The notes below the pieces were generated by a model, which saw nothing but the letters and a program-made list of their open reading frames with translations, had not been told where the DNA came from and made no database searches. From a phage, in NCBI GenBank assembly GCA_025677605.1, contig GCA_025677605.1_4110.1: a stretch of DNA of 64,000 bases, one strand, 5' to 3'. Shown here piece after piece: positions 21,167 to 30,509 of this stretch (the stretch's first letter is position 1; each line of letters starts with the position of its first letter). A program made the translations under genes and the position numbers.

Positions 21167-21804
21167 TATAACACAATCTCTTTTAACTTCAAAATGAAAT
21201 CTTCATATACTTTTATCTGAAAATGCGGACTCTGTGCACTGAAACTAAACCCAGGTTCAATCAATTTCTTGTACTCATTTGCATATTTGCACAACTTCAG
21301 GATTTCGGTAGGGTCCACCATATCCTTCTGTACTAAGGACATTTGAAAAAGCACTTCCTCTACACCCTCGTACTCTTGACCTGCAATGTAACATATGTCA
21401 TCGTCTAACGATAATGATATGAACGTCTTTGTACTTATTACATTACCATCTTTTGAAACACCATAATCTGCAACTGAATCCACAAAGGAATCCGGCTTAG
21501 ATGAACCTGCTATGTCGCAAATGTACTTGTCAATGTATGTGATGTTATTGTTGTTATCGAATATACCAAATGCTAATGACGTGTCAAATACTTCCCTGAA
21601 ACCAATTCTGTCACTACCGATAACTAAAACTAATTTACCACAGGATGCACTGTATCTGGATGCGGAATCAAATGGAATCTCCAATTTTGAATTCTCAGGG
21701 AAAATAGCATTGAACTTCTTTAGCATTTCAAACATATAAGGAACATGAGGCTCCATGAACTTCATCACCTCATACGGTGAAGCATTTCTGGGAAAATTAT
21801 GCAT
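21166..21804 (-). CDS. FQ-motif family protein
   Basis: 212 aa; motif EEVLFQMSLVQ. Confidence 0.6.
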   Translation of the reverse strand: MHNFPRNASPYEVMKFMEPHVPYMFEMLKKFNAIFPENSKLEIPFDSASRYSASCGKLVLVIGSDRIGFREVFDTSLAFGIFDNNNNITYIDKYICDIAGSSKPDSFVDSVADYGVSKDGNVISTKTFISLSLDDDICYIAGQEYEGVEEVLFQMSLVQKDMVDPTEILKLCKYANEYKKLIEPGFSFSAQSPHFQIKVYEDFILKLKEIVL

Positions 21805-22366
21805 ATGTACTTACCCTTAAATTTTCGAAATCCCATACATCACTGATTGTACCATTGTGCCTGTAATCATAATATTGTACTAATACATTATACAATAACT
21901 TCAACGATACAAATTCATGATTCCACGGGGCTTTATTCTCATGAACACATTTAGAGATATAAGGTATCATATATAAAGCAACCATCTCTAATGGTTCATG
22001 TACACATTGCTTTTGAAAATATTCTTCTTCTTGCATACAATGCTCAGGAATAATTAGATCACCATGTTTACCGAAGACATATGAACCTACTGTGTATTTT
22101 TTCACATCGCAAGCGAACCATATTGTACTATCCGAAACAAATGGAATGATACCATTATTGTTTGCAATGTACATCATATGGTAAGAGCTATTTGACTTGT
22201 TAAATACCTCTATACTTTTAATATTACTACAAATCGCGTATTCAATACAATCAATAATCTTATCTTTAAATACACCAATTTCATTGAATGTCATTGCTTT
22301 CTGTACTTGCGATGTTTGCGATGTTTGCATGGGGTTCTCCTTAAAAATGTTCAGGTATATTAGCAC
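21797..22366 (-). CDS. FQ-family-like protein
   Basis: 189 aa; EEEYFQKQCVH; N-terminal QTSQTSQ from 9-bp tandem repeat. Confidence 0.55.
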   Translation of the reverse strand: MLIYLNIFKENPMQTSQTSQVQKAMTFNEIGVFKDKIIDCIEYAICSNIKSIEVFNKSNSSYHMMYIANNNGIIPFVSDSTIWFACDVKKYTVGSYVFGKHGDLIIPEHCMQEEEYFQKQCVHEPLEMVALYMIPYISKCVHENKAPWNHEFVSLKLLYNVLVQYYDYRHNGTISDVWDFENLRVSTYA

Positions 22367-22410
22367 CGATTCGGTACTGTGTCAATACCAAAACGAAAAA
22401 AGCCCATATC

Positions 22411-22908
22411 TTACGATACAGGCTCGGTTGGGTAAAAGGACTCATATACATTTTTCATTTGCTGGAAATAAAAATATACATGATTCTTAAGCACACCATT
22501 CTCATAAAGCATCTTGTATATTGCGTAGAAAAAGATATCAATTTCTTCATGTATTGTACTGTACTGGAACCACAACTCCGGTGTCAAGGGTTCTGGACTG
22601 TATTTGATTTCCAACAAAGCATCATCCATTGGCTTATCACGTCCTGGATACATATACCAAAGGTCATCTCTTTCCAGACGAAGATCATCTTCATCAGGAT
22701 ATACATTGTCAGGAGCAAAATTTAAAAAACTAAAAAGCACTTTACCTGAATTTGATTCTTCTAACTGATTGTTAATATAATCATATTTGTGATTTATTGA
22801 AGCATATCCTTTTCCTTCATATGCTTTCATTATATTGTATACACCTTCAATGTACTTAACGTACTGTACAGCACTCTCTAAACTAAATTCCACTTTACAT
22901 TTTTGCAT
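22411..22908 (-). CDS. FQ-motif family protein
   Basis: 165 aa; motif PELWFQYSTIH. Confidence 0.6.
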   Translation of the reverse strand: MQKCKVEFSLESAVQYVKYIEGVYNIMKAYEGKGYASINHKYDYINNQLEESNSGKVLFSFLNFAPDNVYPDEDDLRLERDDLWYMYPGRDKPMDDALLEIKYSPEPLTPELWFQYSTIHEEIDIFFYAIYKMLYENGVLKNHVYFYFQQMKNVYESFYPTEPVS

Positions 22909-23279
22909 AATAAAATAATCTCAACTAAAGCAAGAACTGTATTGAATTCCACTATACTTGTAATTCCCTGAAGGTACATGTACTTTGCTATTACATATTT
23001 CTGTACTAAATTATCATTCTTCTTGAATTCATCAAACGCATCATTACAACGTGTCATGTATTCTGTACTCAAAAATATCTTATGCATCTCTAATGCACTC
23101 TGATAATATGCATACAACTCACGAATATCTATACTACGTAAATCACGTTGTTCGTACTTGTGATACGGAATAGCTTCAATTTCAATATTATAAAACCATT
23201 CTGTTAACTTATTAATATCAAATGTATTATTGTACTTCGAGGTCATAATATTTCCTTTCCCATTCGGATACATGGGCAT
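22878..23279 (-). CDS. hypothetical protein (no FQ motif)
   Basis: 133 aa ORF. Confidence 0.45.
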   Translation of the reverse strand: MPMYPNGKGNIMTSKYNNTFDINKLTEWFYNIEIEAIPYHKYEQRDLRSIDIRELYAYYQSALEMHKIFLSTEYMTRCNDAFDEFKKNDNLVQKYVIAKYMYLQGITSIVEFNTVLALVEIILLCKNVKWNLV

Positions 23280-23535
23280 TAAAATTCATAACAGCTTTCT
23301 GTATCTTTTTTAATAATAACACATCATATCCACCTGTGTCAATCACTAATTGCTGTTGAAACAATTCTTCGTCGGATAATGTATTGAAATCTACAAAATA
23401 ATCTGTGACTTCGTTATCATTTAAATGTGCCATGTACCAACCTGAACTACATGAATAAATCAAATTCCAACCGTCTTCATCGCCTTCTAATTCAACATAA
23501 ATCATATCTTTTGTATAAAGCATTCTATACTTCAT
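23227..23535 (-). CDS. FQ-family-like protein
   Basis: 102 aa; DEELFQQQLVI. Confidence 0.55.
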   Translation of the reverse strand: MKYRMLYTKDMIYVELEGDEDGWNLIYSCSSGWYMAHLNDNEVTDYFVDFNTLSDEELFQQQLVIDTGGYDVLLLKKIQKAVMNFNAHVSEWERKYYDLEVQ

Positions 23536-24040
23536 AACTATATCCTTGCATCAAAATATCATAAACTGCTTGAATGTCAGGAACTTTTATATAAAATTTA
23601 AAACCCTTAATTAAAGGATTCGCGTACAATGAACTGAATAACTTTAGATAATGCATTTGACGAGGACTATATAATAACGATTTCTGAAATAATTCAGCAC
23701 TACAATCTGTACTAATATCAATTAAATCAATTCGTTCTTCTACTTCATCATCTTGTTTCAAATCATAAAAGAAATAATCGTTTGTGTTTACCCACAAATA
23801 CCCTTCTTTATTTTCGTATACAACAGGAGATGTTTGTACCGGATTGGCTTGGGTAAATGCTGCAATACAAACGTTAACATTCCCTGCATTATTTGCATTG
23901 TGAAACATAAACGATAATTTACCATGCCTATCTTCTATGCGTAATTCATCTATATCAATGTACTTATGTATAGGATGATTATTTTTGAGCATAAGCATTA
24001 TTGTACTAATCTTGTGCGTTAATAATTCAATTTCATTCAT
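23525..24040 (-). CDS. FQ-motif family protein
   Basis: 171 aa; motif SAELFQKSLLY. Confidence 0.6.
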   Translation of the reverse strand: MNEIELLTHKISTIMLMLKNNHPIHKYIDIDELRIEDRHGKLSFMFHNANNAGNVNVCIAAFTQANPVQTSPVVYENKEGYLWVNTNDYFFYDLKQDDEVEERIDLIDISTDCSAELFQKSLLYSPRQMHYLKLFSSLYANPLIKGFKFYIKVPDIQAVYDILMQGYSYEV

Positions 24041-24046
24041 ATATTA

Positions 24047-24430
24047 TTACCTATAGCATTTGAGCACTGTAACCAATCCCTCTGCATTCTTGAAATGCAT
24101 TAAAGACAATGAACTATCAACGTACTGCAATGATATAATTACATCCTGTTCTGTGTGTTTGAATAAAAATTCCTGTACCGAATTCGTACCATAATACATG
24201 TACTTCGTTGCTTCAATCTGCAAATAAGGCACTTCTGTATTGTGTAAAAAGATATTGATTATTTCATTATTCTGTAATCTGCAATCAAATTTGTATGTTT
24301 CATATAACGGTACATCCGATGATGCCTGTACTGCCTGTACTGCCTGTGCTGCATGAGCGGTGTTTATAAATGATAAAAACACAAATGTTAAAATGAATAT
24401 GATTTTATTGAACATGTTTTGTTTCCTCAA
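24047..24430 (-). CDS. putative secreted protein (signal peptide)
   Basis: 127 aa; N-terminal hydrophobic signal FILTFVFLSFINTAHA then AQAVQAVQA repeat. Confidence 0.5.
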   Translation of the reverse strand: MRKQNMFNKIIFILTFVFLSFINTAHAAQAVQAVQASSDVPLYETYKFDCRLQNNEIINIFLHNTEVPYLQIEATKYMYYGTNSVQEFLFKHTEQDVIISLQYVDSSLSLMHFKNAEGLVTVLKCYR

Positions 24431-24624
24431 TAATGTTTGTACTTGTGTAAAATTCTATCCTGTACTGAAAGATGCTCAAATATAATTACACTCAAATAAT
24501 AATTGTAATCATTGATACCACCCCTCAAATGCATATTGTAATACAGCTTAATACTATCTAATAATGAATCCTGTAATGCATGTAATGCATTTAATGTCTT
24601 TGCATCTATCATCATCTTTCCCAT
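24427..24624 (-). CDS. hypothetical small protein
   Basis: 65 aa ORF, coupled. Confidence 0.4.
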   Translation of the reverse strand: MGKMMIDAKTLNALHALQDSLLDSIKLYYNMHLRGGINDYNYYLSVIIFEHLSVQDRILHKYKHY

Positions 24625-25013
24625 TTAATAGGGTATTCCGTTTCATTCACTACATACGACATAATCCATCCGTAATGGATAGGATGATATTTGTCTGAAT
24701 CAGGAATAAAATATAAAGCTGTACTGGGATTATAACTGAAGAAATCCCTCTCGTCAAATGTTAATCTGGCTAACTTAATTTTCCTTGGAATTGCATGAGG
24801 ACGAACTGCATTCTTTACACAGAATATACCATCTTTGTATTTTGGTTCGATAACACCCAATGCACTCTGGATTAACTCCTGAAAGACTAAATTGATTTGT
24901 GCAAATGAATCCTTGTTGTTATGCATTTCGTGCCATAAATCTCGTCTTGCATTTAACATCATTATTACTGGTCTAAGATCCTGTACTATTGTTAGATTCT
25001 GCATTGTATTCAT
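24612..25013 (-). CDS. hypothetical protein
   Basis: 133 aa ORF. Confidence 0.45.
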   Translation of the reverse strand: MNTMQNLTIVQDLRPVIMMLNARRDLWHEMHNNKDSFAQINLVFQELIQSALGVIEPKYKDGIFCVKNAVRPHAIPRKIKLARLTFDERDFFSYNPSTALYFIPDSDKYHPIHYGWIMSYVVNETEYPIKWER

Positions 25014-25230
25014 TTATCTCATTCTGTAACTTAACAACCAAAATTTGCGTATGAATTTTTCGCTCAAGGTGCTTGATAAATTTCTGTACCATTTCTTCTT
25101 GTACTGATGTACCAAGATAAAATAACATATTAAATTCTGATAATCGCAGAGCAAAATCTTCATCGCCCCCCTGTAAACAAAAATCCCTGTACTTCGATGC
25201 GTACAAATGATGGTTTACATTTTTGTACAT
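24973..25230 (-). CDS. LGT-motif family small protein
   Basis: 85 aa; FYLGTSVQEEMV. Confidence 0.5.
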   Translation of the reverse strand: MYKNVNHHLYASKYRDFCLQGGDEDFALRLSEFNMLFYLGTSVQEEMVQKFIKHLERKIHTQILVVKLQNEINEYNAESNNSTGS

Positions 25231-25433
25231 TTAGACTCCTTTGGTGTGCATACTATCTCTGTTCGTAAAGCCCTTATGTATGCATCAACGAATTGTGGCT
25301 GTGCTCTCGTTCCTAGATAAAATAATAAATCGAACTCTGCCATTTTAACATTAAAAGGATCTGAATCTACATTTCGAATAAACTGTCTGTACTTCAATTC
25401 ATATCCGTTAGGCATCTTCTTGTATACTATCAT
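25215..25433 (-). CDS. LGT-motif family small protein
   Basis: 72 aa; FYLGTRAQPQFV. Confidence 0.5.
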   Translation of the reverse strand: MIVYKKMPNGYELKYRQFIRNVDSDPFNVKMAEFDLLFYLGTRAQPQFVDAYIRALRTEIVCTPKESKCTKM

Positions 25434-25743
25434 ATTCTATACAATCACCTCTTTTAATCGAATCCCAAACTTCTTTCATCCTCTTCTGTAAACTGCACAT
25501 AATATCTATATCAAACATATAAGGGTCATGAATTAGACTGTACTGAAATAATTCATCTTCCTGCATAAGAGAAAGATCCTGAAGCAACTCGTACTTACCT
25601 AAACTCCTGGGACTCAAATAAGCAAAATATTCTTTACCGTCCTCAAAAACATAATGTACTTCATGATTCATGTACTTCTTGTAATTCTCATGCGTATAAG
25701 CAAATATACAACCGGAATTAATTCGGTGAATGTTGAATTTCAT
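25408..25743 (-). CDS. FQ-motif family protein
   Basis: 111 aa; motif EDELFQYSLIH. Confidence 0.6.
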   Translation of the reverse strand: MKFNIHRINSGCIFAYTHENYKKYMNHEVHYVFEDGKEYFAYLSPRSLGKYELLQDLSLMQEDELFQYSLIHDPYMFDIDIMCSLQKRMKEVWDSIKRGDCIEYDSIQEDA

Positions 25744-25752
25744 ATTAATCTC

Positions 25753-26109
25753 TTATACGTAAATTGGATGAATATTTTGAAGGAAATGCTTAGAAATATT
25801 CATACATGATATCATCTGCCTTTGTACTTCCTTCATCTCTTTGTATGTCAACCCAAAAGAATCATCGTATACTAACATGTACTGAAACTCTTCTTCTTCA
25901 GAGATATCAACTAGATTCGGTACTGCTATCGTATTTTCATATGATTTGATACCTTCTACCCAATAGAAACAATTATCAACTTTATTGTACTCAAATATCT
26001 TAACCCCAGGCCCACCCTGTACATTGGTCAACGCAATGAAACATGTATTCGCTCTTTTTATACAATTGATCTTACGCATTATCGCATTATCTCCATCTCT
26101 CTCCGTCAT
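25753..26109 (-). CDS. FQ-family-like protein
   Basis: 118 aa; EEEEFQYMLVY. Confidence 0.55.
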   Translation of the reverse strand: MTERDGDNAIMRKINCIKRANTCFIALTNVQGGPGVKIFEYNKVDNCFYWVEGIKSYENTIAVPNLVDISEEEEFQYMLVYDDSFGLTYKEMKEVQRQMISCMNISKHFLQNIHPIYV

Positions 26110-26332
26110 CGCAAGAGTACTGGTACGTTGTCGTTAGGGTAGGAATCATGTTCGTAATCGGCATATTATTCACAATAACCGTTACGGGCATCATAACCGT
26201 CTCTTTTCTACTCTGTCCTGTCTTTGTGCAATTCATCTTGTGCATTTCATCTGAATCCAGATACGCTAATACAAACGGTGCAATCCCAAGAACAATACAC
26301 AAGACGATAAGGAAATTTAAAAATTTTAACAT
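26087..26332 (-). CDS. small membrane protein
   Basis: 81 aa; N-terminal hydrophobic helix FLNFLIVLCIVLGIAPFVLAY. Confidence 0.45.
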   Translation of the reverse strand: MLKFLNFLIVLCIVLGIAPFVLAYLDSDEMHKMNCTKTGQSRKETVMMPVTVIVNNMPITNMIPTLTTTYQYSCDDGERWR

Positions 26333-26370
26333 AATCTGTACCCTATGATTAACGTTAGTGTACTATAGCA

Positions 26371-26601
26371 CTACAATAGAGTACTGTCAACTGCTTTGTT
26401 CTCTATTATACTCATTAAACCCCAAATTAGATAACGAACACTATCAGCTTGATAGTTAGTACCTACTGTGCATTTTAAAATTAACTCATCTTTCAGTACT
26501 GCACGTTCTTCTTGGGATATAGGAAGAGAATTTATTTGTTTTATTTGTGGTTGTAAAGTATTAATAAGCTTGCAGTACTCTTCGAATGATAATCTTTTCA
26601 T
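26371..26601 (-). CDS. LGT-motif family small protein
   Basis: 76 aa; KCTVGTNYQADSV. Confidence 0.5.
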   Translation of the reverse strand: MKRLSFEEYCKLINTLQPQIKQINSLPISQEERAVLKDELILKCTVGTNYQADSVRYLIWGLMSIIENKAVDSTLL

Positions 26602-26604
26602 GGT

Positions 26605-26946
26605 TCAGTACTCAATAATGTGTTCTTCATAAGCACTATTAGGCTCCTGTTTAGTTTCTTTTATTAGTACTATCATCTTATGTGCCAATGGCATAGGAAA
26701 CTCTAAATCCCATACTAATGATTCTTGAAAGTATTCTTCTTCAGATAAAGTACTTAAATCTTCAATGTCAATGTGTTCGTACATGTTATATTTGTAATCA
26801 GCAAAAGATATATAAAAACCTCTTGTAGAATCGTAAGTAATCGTGAATGGCTTACCTTTGTAGTCCATTACATCTTTACATAGACTGCATTTGATATATG
26901 TACTTGCAAATGATTTATAAACCTTAAGTTGAATATTAGTTTTCAT
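26605..26946 (-). CDS. FQ-motif family protein
   Basis: 113 aa; motif EEEYFQESLVW. Confidence 0.6.
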   Translation of the reverse strand: MKTNIQLKVYKSFASTYIKCSLCKDVMDYKGKPFTITYDSTRGFYISFADYKYNMYEHIDIEDLSTLSEEEYFQESLVWDLEFPMPLAHKMIVLIKETKQEPNSAYEEHIIEY

Positions 26947-26948
26947 TT

Positions 26949-27170
26949 TTAAACACCTATTCCATTAGCAATAGCAGTACTTAACGCTAACAAATACTTC
27001 TGTACTGCTTGCTCTTGATGATCTGTACCTAAAAGTATATACACCCATAATTCACTGTAGTGTACATCTTCTGTATAAGGGTTGTTGTAACTTTTTGATA
27101 ATATAGCATCAAATTCAGATGCATGAACCCTTGTGAACTTAAGAATATCTTGTTGTGTTATGATTCTCAT
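26949..27170 (-). CDS. LGT-motif family small protein
   Basis: 73 aa; ILLGTDHQEQAV. Confidence 0.55.
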   Translation of the reverse strand: MRIITQQDILKFTRVHASEFDAILSKSYNNPYTEDVHYSELWVYILLGTDHQEQAVQKYLLALSTAIANGIGV

Positions 27171-27382
27171 AGCTTTTCCTGTATAAGCTTCTTAAGTATT
27201 TCTATGTGTGAATTAACAGTTCTTTCTTGATGCTGTGTTCCTAAGAGTATCAGTACTATCATCTCTGAACGCAAAAGATTTTTTTCAAGTTCCCCTATAT
27301 CAGTTCTTGTATCAAGTACTAAAAATTTGTGATTATTCTTTCTGAATAGTTCTAAGTACTCTTGATTTGATATTGTCTTCAT
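27167..27382 (-). CDS. LGT-motif family small protein
   Basis: 71 aa; LILLGTQHQERTV. Confidence 0.55.
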   Translation of the reverse strand: MKTISNQEYLELFRKNNHKFLVLDTRTDIGELEKNLLRSEMIVLILLGTQHQERTVNSHIEILKKLIQEKL

Positions 27383-27609
27383 AGTTTATCCCTGATGCCA
27401 TTTAAAAGTGCTCTAATATGCTCCTGTACGAATTTGTACTGACTGTCTGTTCCTAGAGTGAGTAACAATCTTAAATCTGAACTTTTGATATGATATTCTA
27501 AATCATTATTTGATTCTTGCCTCAGTTTCTGAAAGGATGAGAAGTTTGCTGCCATTAGTTCAATGTATTCTGCTGTTCCTAGGGGTTTGTGTATGTGCTG
27601 TCTGTGCAT
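27379..27609 (-). CDS. LGT-motif family small protein
   Basis: 76 aa; LTLGTDSQYKFV. Confidence 0.55.
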   Translation of the reverse strand: MHRQHIHKPLGTAEYIELMAANFSSFQKLRQESNNDLEYHIKSSDLRLLLTLGTDSQYKFVQEHIRALLNGIRDKL

Positions 27610-27815
27610 TTTAATTGTATTACCCTTTTAAGTGTATTAATATAATCCACGATGATGTGTTCTTGATAGTTAGTTCCTATAGTAGCTAGAACATAGATTT
27701 CACTTATTAGAATATTTTTTTCATCCTGTGATAATTCTTCTGACCAGCTACGATGCAACTTTGGAATTAAACTACTTAATAGTTGGTTGTATTCAGTAGG
27801 TGAAATGATTTTCAT
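27579..27815 (-). CDS. LGT-motif family small protein
   Basis: 78 aa; LATIGTNYQEHII. Confidence 0.55.
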   Translation of the reverse strand: MKIISPTEYNQLLSSLIPKLHRSWSEELSQDEKNILISEIYVLATIGTNYQEHIIVDYINTLKRVIQLKCTDSTYTNP

Positions 27816-28027
27816 TTACATCTTCTCAGTACTGATTCTTTAAGTTCATCGATGTAGTCCTCAACAAATTGTTCTTGTAGGTTTGTTCCGAGATGTAACA
27901 GTACTCTTAAATCTGCTCTAAGTACTTCTTTGTCATCTTCATCTATATCAGACAGTGATATGTTTAAGAATTTACTTGAATTCTCTATAAGTAATATTAC
28001 TTCATCACCTTCGCTTAAAATTTTCAT
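27812..28027 (-). CDS. LGT-motif family small protein
   Basis: 71 aa; LHLGTNLQEQFV. Confidence 0.55.
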   Translation of the reverse strand: MKILSEGDEVILLIENSSKFLNISLSDIDEDDKEVLRADLRVLLHLGTNLQEQFVEDYIDELKESVLRRCK

Positions 28028-28239
28028 AATCTTTGTGTTTTCCTCGACAGTAGGTACAGGTAACGTTCAGTGCATTGTTCTTGATAGTTTGTTCCTAATA
28101 AATGAACTAATTGTTGTTCAGCTATAGAAAGCTGTTTATCTTCATAACAAGCGTATCGTTGTTTCCTATGGTATTCTTTATTGATAACATCAAGGATGAT
28201 AACACCGTATTCGTCATCTGTCAAGTGTTTCATGTGCAT
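28024..28239 (-). CDS. LGT-motif family small protein
   Basis: 71 aa; VHLLGTNYQEQC. Confidence 0.55.
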   Translation of the reverse strand: MHMKHLTDDEYGVIILDVINKEYHRKQRYACYEDKQLSIAEQQLVHLLGTNYQEQCTERYLYLLSRKTQRL

Positions 28240-28471
28240 TTCTTTTTCTTATATGTTTAGTTAAAAGGTATATTAGTTTTCTTACGTACTCGTCTTGATA
28301 GTTAGTCCCTAATAGTGCAAGAAGTTTTGCTTCAACTAAAGCTAATTGTCGTTCTTCAAATGTGTGTTCCAGAATGTACTTGGGGTTTGATTTTTTAGAA
28401 ATTGCACTATTAGTCTTCATTATAATCTTATGATATTCATTGACTGTTAAGATTTTTATATATTTGGTCAT
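28214..28471 (-). CDS. LGT-motif family small protein
   Basis: 85 aa; LALLGTNYQDEYV. Confidence 0.55.
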   Translation of the reverse strand: MTKYIKILTVNEYHKIIMKTNSAISKKSNPKYILEHTFEERQLALVEAKLLALLGTNYQDEYVRKLIYLLTKHIRKRNAHETLDR

Positions 28472-28727
28472 GTATCTTTTCCTGAATAGTCATTTTAAGA
28501 TATCTAAGAATCGATCGAACATAATACTCCTGTCTATCGGTTCCAAGAAAGTACAGGAGTTGTTGATATAATACTTCTGCACTCCTTGCAGCAGGGGTTT
28601 GATTTGGGTCTTTTGGAAGTTGATTTGTATGTTTTCTGGATTTAATTATTCTTTCTTTTATTTCATCGTCTGTTAAGTATATCATTTGCATTTTATGTTC
28701 CTCACATGAATTGTTTGGATTAAACAT
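28437..28727 (-). CDS. LGT-motif family small protein
   Basis: 96 aa; YFLGTDRQEYYV; start likely internal. Confidence 0.5.
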   Translation of the reverse strand: MFNPNNSCEEHKMQMIYLTDDEIKERIIKSRKHTNQLPKDPNQTPAARSAEVLYQQLLYFLGTDRQEYYVRSILRYLKMTIQEKIHDQIYKNLNSQ

Positions 28728-28918
28728 TCAATCCAAGATGTAACATATCTTGTTTGATATTGTGTGCCTAAGAGACTCTGCATTTTAAACTCTGCTTCAA
28801 GTTCATATCTCTTTTCTATCGTAAAGCTTAAATGACCATATTCTGCATCGTATCTTCTCAGTGATTCCCCAATTCTATCAAATCTTTCTGCTAAGTTGAT
28901 GTTATTCACAGTATTCAT
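28682..28918 (-). CDS. LGT-motif family small protein
   Basis: 78 aa; SLLGTQYQTRYV. Confidence 0.55.
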   Translation of the reverse strand: MNTVNNINLAERFDRIGESLRRYDAEYGHLSFTIEKRYELEAEFKMQSLLGTQYQTRYVTSWIECLIQTIHVRNIKCK

Positions 28919-29178
28919 CGATCAGTACACCTCAGTGGTTGGGTCATTTGATAAAAGTACAGCTTACCTCTGATTTCCATTAACAACTCGGCTATGACGC
29001 GATTTACTTCTGTCTCTTGATAGTTTGTTCCTAAGAAGACACCCATCTTTAACTCACGATGCATAATCATCTTCTTACTGTGTTGAATTTCTTGGCTGTA
29101 ATAGATTGCATTACGTTTAGGTGAGATTTTTGCTAGTCGCTCGTTATATTCATCTTGACTTAAATTAATCATTTGCAT
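28915..29178 (-). CDS. LGT-motif family small protein
   Basis: 87 aa; VFLGTNYQETEV; N-terminus MQMINLSQDEY. Confidence 0.55.
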   Translation of the reverse strand: MQMINLSQDEYNERLAKISPKRNAIYYSQEIQHSKKMIMHRELKMGVFLGTNYQETEVNRVIAELLMEIRGKLYFYQMTQPLRCTDR

Positions 29179-29393
29179 TTACTTTGGACCTCATTTTGAA
29201 GTGCATTAATGACCTTCAGTACAGCACTCGCTTGATAGTTTGTTCCTAAGACTGAAAGCATCTTGATCTCATTTACTACAATCCACTTATTTGATTGTTC
29301 AATAATGTGACTTTCATAAATGGCCTTGCGTAATGAATAAGTTTTTGCAAGACGTACATAATATTCATCTTTACTTAAATTAATCATTTGCAT
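29169..29393 (-). CDS. LGT-motif family small protein
   Basis: 74 aa; SVLGTNYQASAV; N-terminus MQMINLSKDEY. Confidence 0.55.
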   Translation of the reverse strand: MQMINLSKDEYYVRLAKTYSLRKAIYESHIIEQSNKWIVVNEIKMLSVLGTNYQASAVLKVINALQNEVQSKCK

Positions 29394-29602
29394 TTACTTT
29401 TAACCTCTTTCTGGAGTGCATCAATCCATAGGTCTATATACGTTTGTTGATAGTTTGTGCCTAAGAGTGCCTCTACATAGAGTTCAGCTACCTTTGCGTG
29501 CTTTAGGTCAACAGGGATGCTCTTATCGCTTGATAACATTCTCCTTCTGCTGGTGCATGTTTTCAGAAGCCTGATGTATTCAACACCTTGTAATTTTCTC
29601 AT
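29384..29602 (-). CDS. LGT-motif family small protein
   Basis: 72 aa; ALLGTNYQQTYI. Confidence 0.55.
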   Translation of the reverse strand: MRKLQGVEYIRLLKTCTSRRRMLSSDKSIPVDLKHAKVAELYVEALLGTNYQQTYIDLWIDALQKEVKSKCK

Positions 29603-29814
29603 TCTCTGGATATCACCTTGTTACGTAGACTTGCTAACCATGCGTCAGTATAGATGTTTTGATAGTTTGTCCCAATGAAGATAGATAGCTTCATTTCAGT
29701 TATTATAACACATTTGTCCACTTGTGCAATAGATTTGTTTAAAGAAATACTAGAAACTTTTGCTTGTATAGTTCGCAACAGCCTGTAATATTCATACCCA
29801 CTAAGGATTTTCAT
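29599..29814 (-). CDS. LGT-motif family small protein
   Basis: 71 aa; IFIGTNYQNIYT. Confidence 0.55.
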   Translation of the reverse strand: MKILSGYEYYRLLRTIQAKVSSISLNKSIAQVDKCVIITEMKLSIFIGTNYQNIYTDAWLASLRNKVISRE

Positions 29815-30061
29815 TCTCTCGTCTCCAGACTTCCGTTCTTATATGTTGTTGATATGCTTCCAGATAGTTCTCTATTGCCTTAGAGATTGTTTGTGTATCG
29901 TCGCCCGTCATCAGTACAAGCATCTCTGCTTCACAGTGTATAAGTCTGCTAATATCATTAGTGAGTTTATCAGATACCGTATCATAGTGTTTGTGGATTA
30001 GTTTCTGAAATAGTTTAACGTACATAATGTGATTTATTCTGGATCGCATTGTCTTTTCCAT
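29801..30061 (-). CDS. LGT-family-like small protein (diverged)
   Basis: 86 aa; VLMTGDDTQTIS at the family motif position. Confidence 0.45.
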   Translation of the reverse strand: MEKTMRSRINHIMYVKLFQKLIHKHYDTVSDKLTNDISRLIHCEAEMLVLMTGDDTQTISKAIENYLEAYQQHIRTEVWRRENENP

Positions 30062-30285
30062 TCTCTTTTGGCCTGTCGGGTTTTATACGCTACAAGGTTT
30101 CTTAGTGCATTGATATAACGATCAGTGAAGATATCTTGTTTATTAGTTCCAACGAATTTAAGAAGAAACACGTCACCATTAACTACATCATTCTCAGGGG
30201 AAGGATAAAGTTCATTGTTCTTGCGAAGGGTGTTTAGTAAAGAGAATAGGGCAGATTGATACTCAGTGCTTGATAATACTTTCAT
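30034..30285 (-). CDS. LGT-motif family small protein
   Basis: 83 aa; KFVGTNKQDIFT. Confidence 0.55.
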   Translation of the reverse strand: MKVLSSTEYQSALFSLLNTLRKNNELYPSPENDVVNGDVFLLKFVGTNKQDIFTDRYINALRNLVAYKTRQAKREWKRQCDPE

Positions 30286-30509
30286 TAGTTCATTCCCTTT
30301 CTTTCTATATGTTTCATAAGAACATTAAGATACTCACCCACAAACCTATTCTGATACTGCGTCCCCATGAATTCAAACAGCCATACTTCAGCAACCATTT
30401 CTTCAATTTCATTCCAAGATAAGTACATCATAGTGAAGTAAATGTGGTTCTCTTTTTGAGATGCACTCCTTGAGCGAGCCTCGTATTCAAAGTTATTAAT
30501 GCAGTTCAT
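30285..30509 (-). CDS. LGT-motif family small protein
   Basis: 74 aa; EFMGTQYQNRFV. Confidence 0.55.
   Translation of the reverse strand: MNCINNFEYEARSRSASQKENHIYFTMMYLSWNEIEEMVAEVWLFEFMGTQYQNRFVGEYLNVLMKHIERKGMN

Noticed and set aside
35-26946. FQ motif as a literal TEV-type protease cleavage site
   Set aside because: Not rejected outright but not asserted: no protease gene is visible in the window, and the motif sits in what looks like a structured core, so it is reported only as a testable idea.
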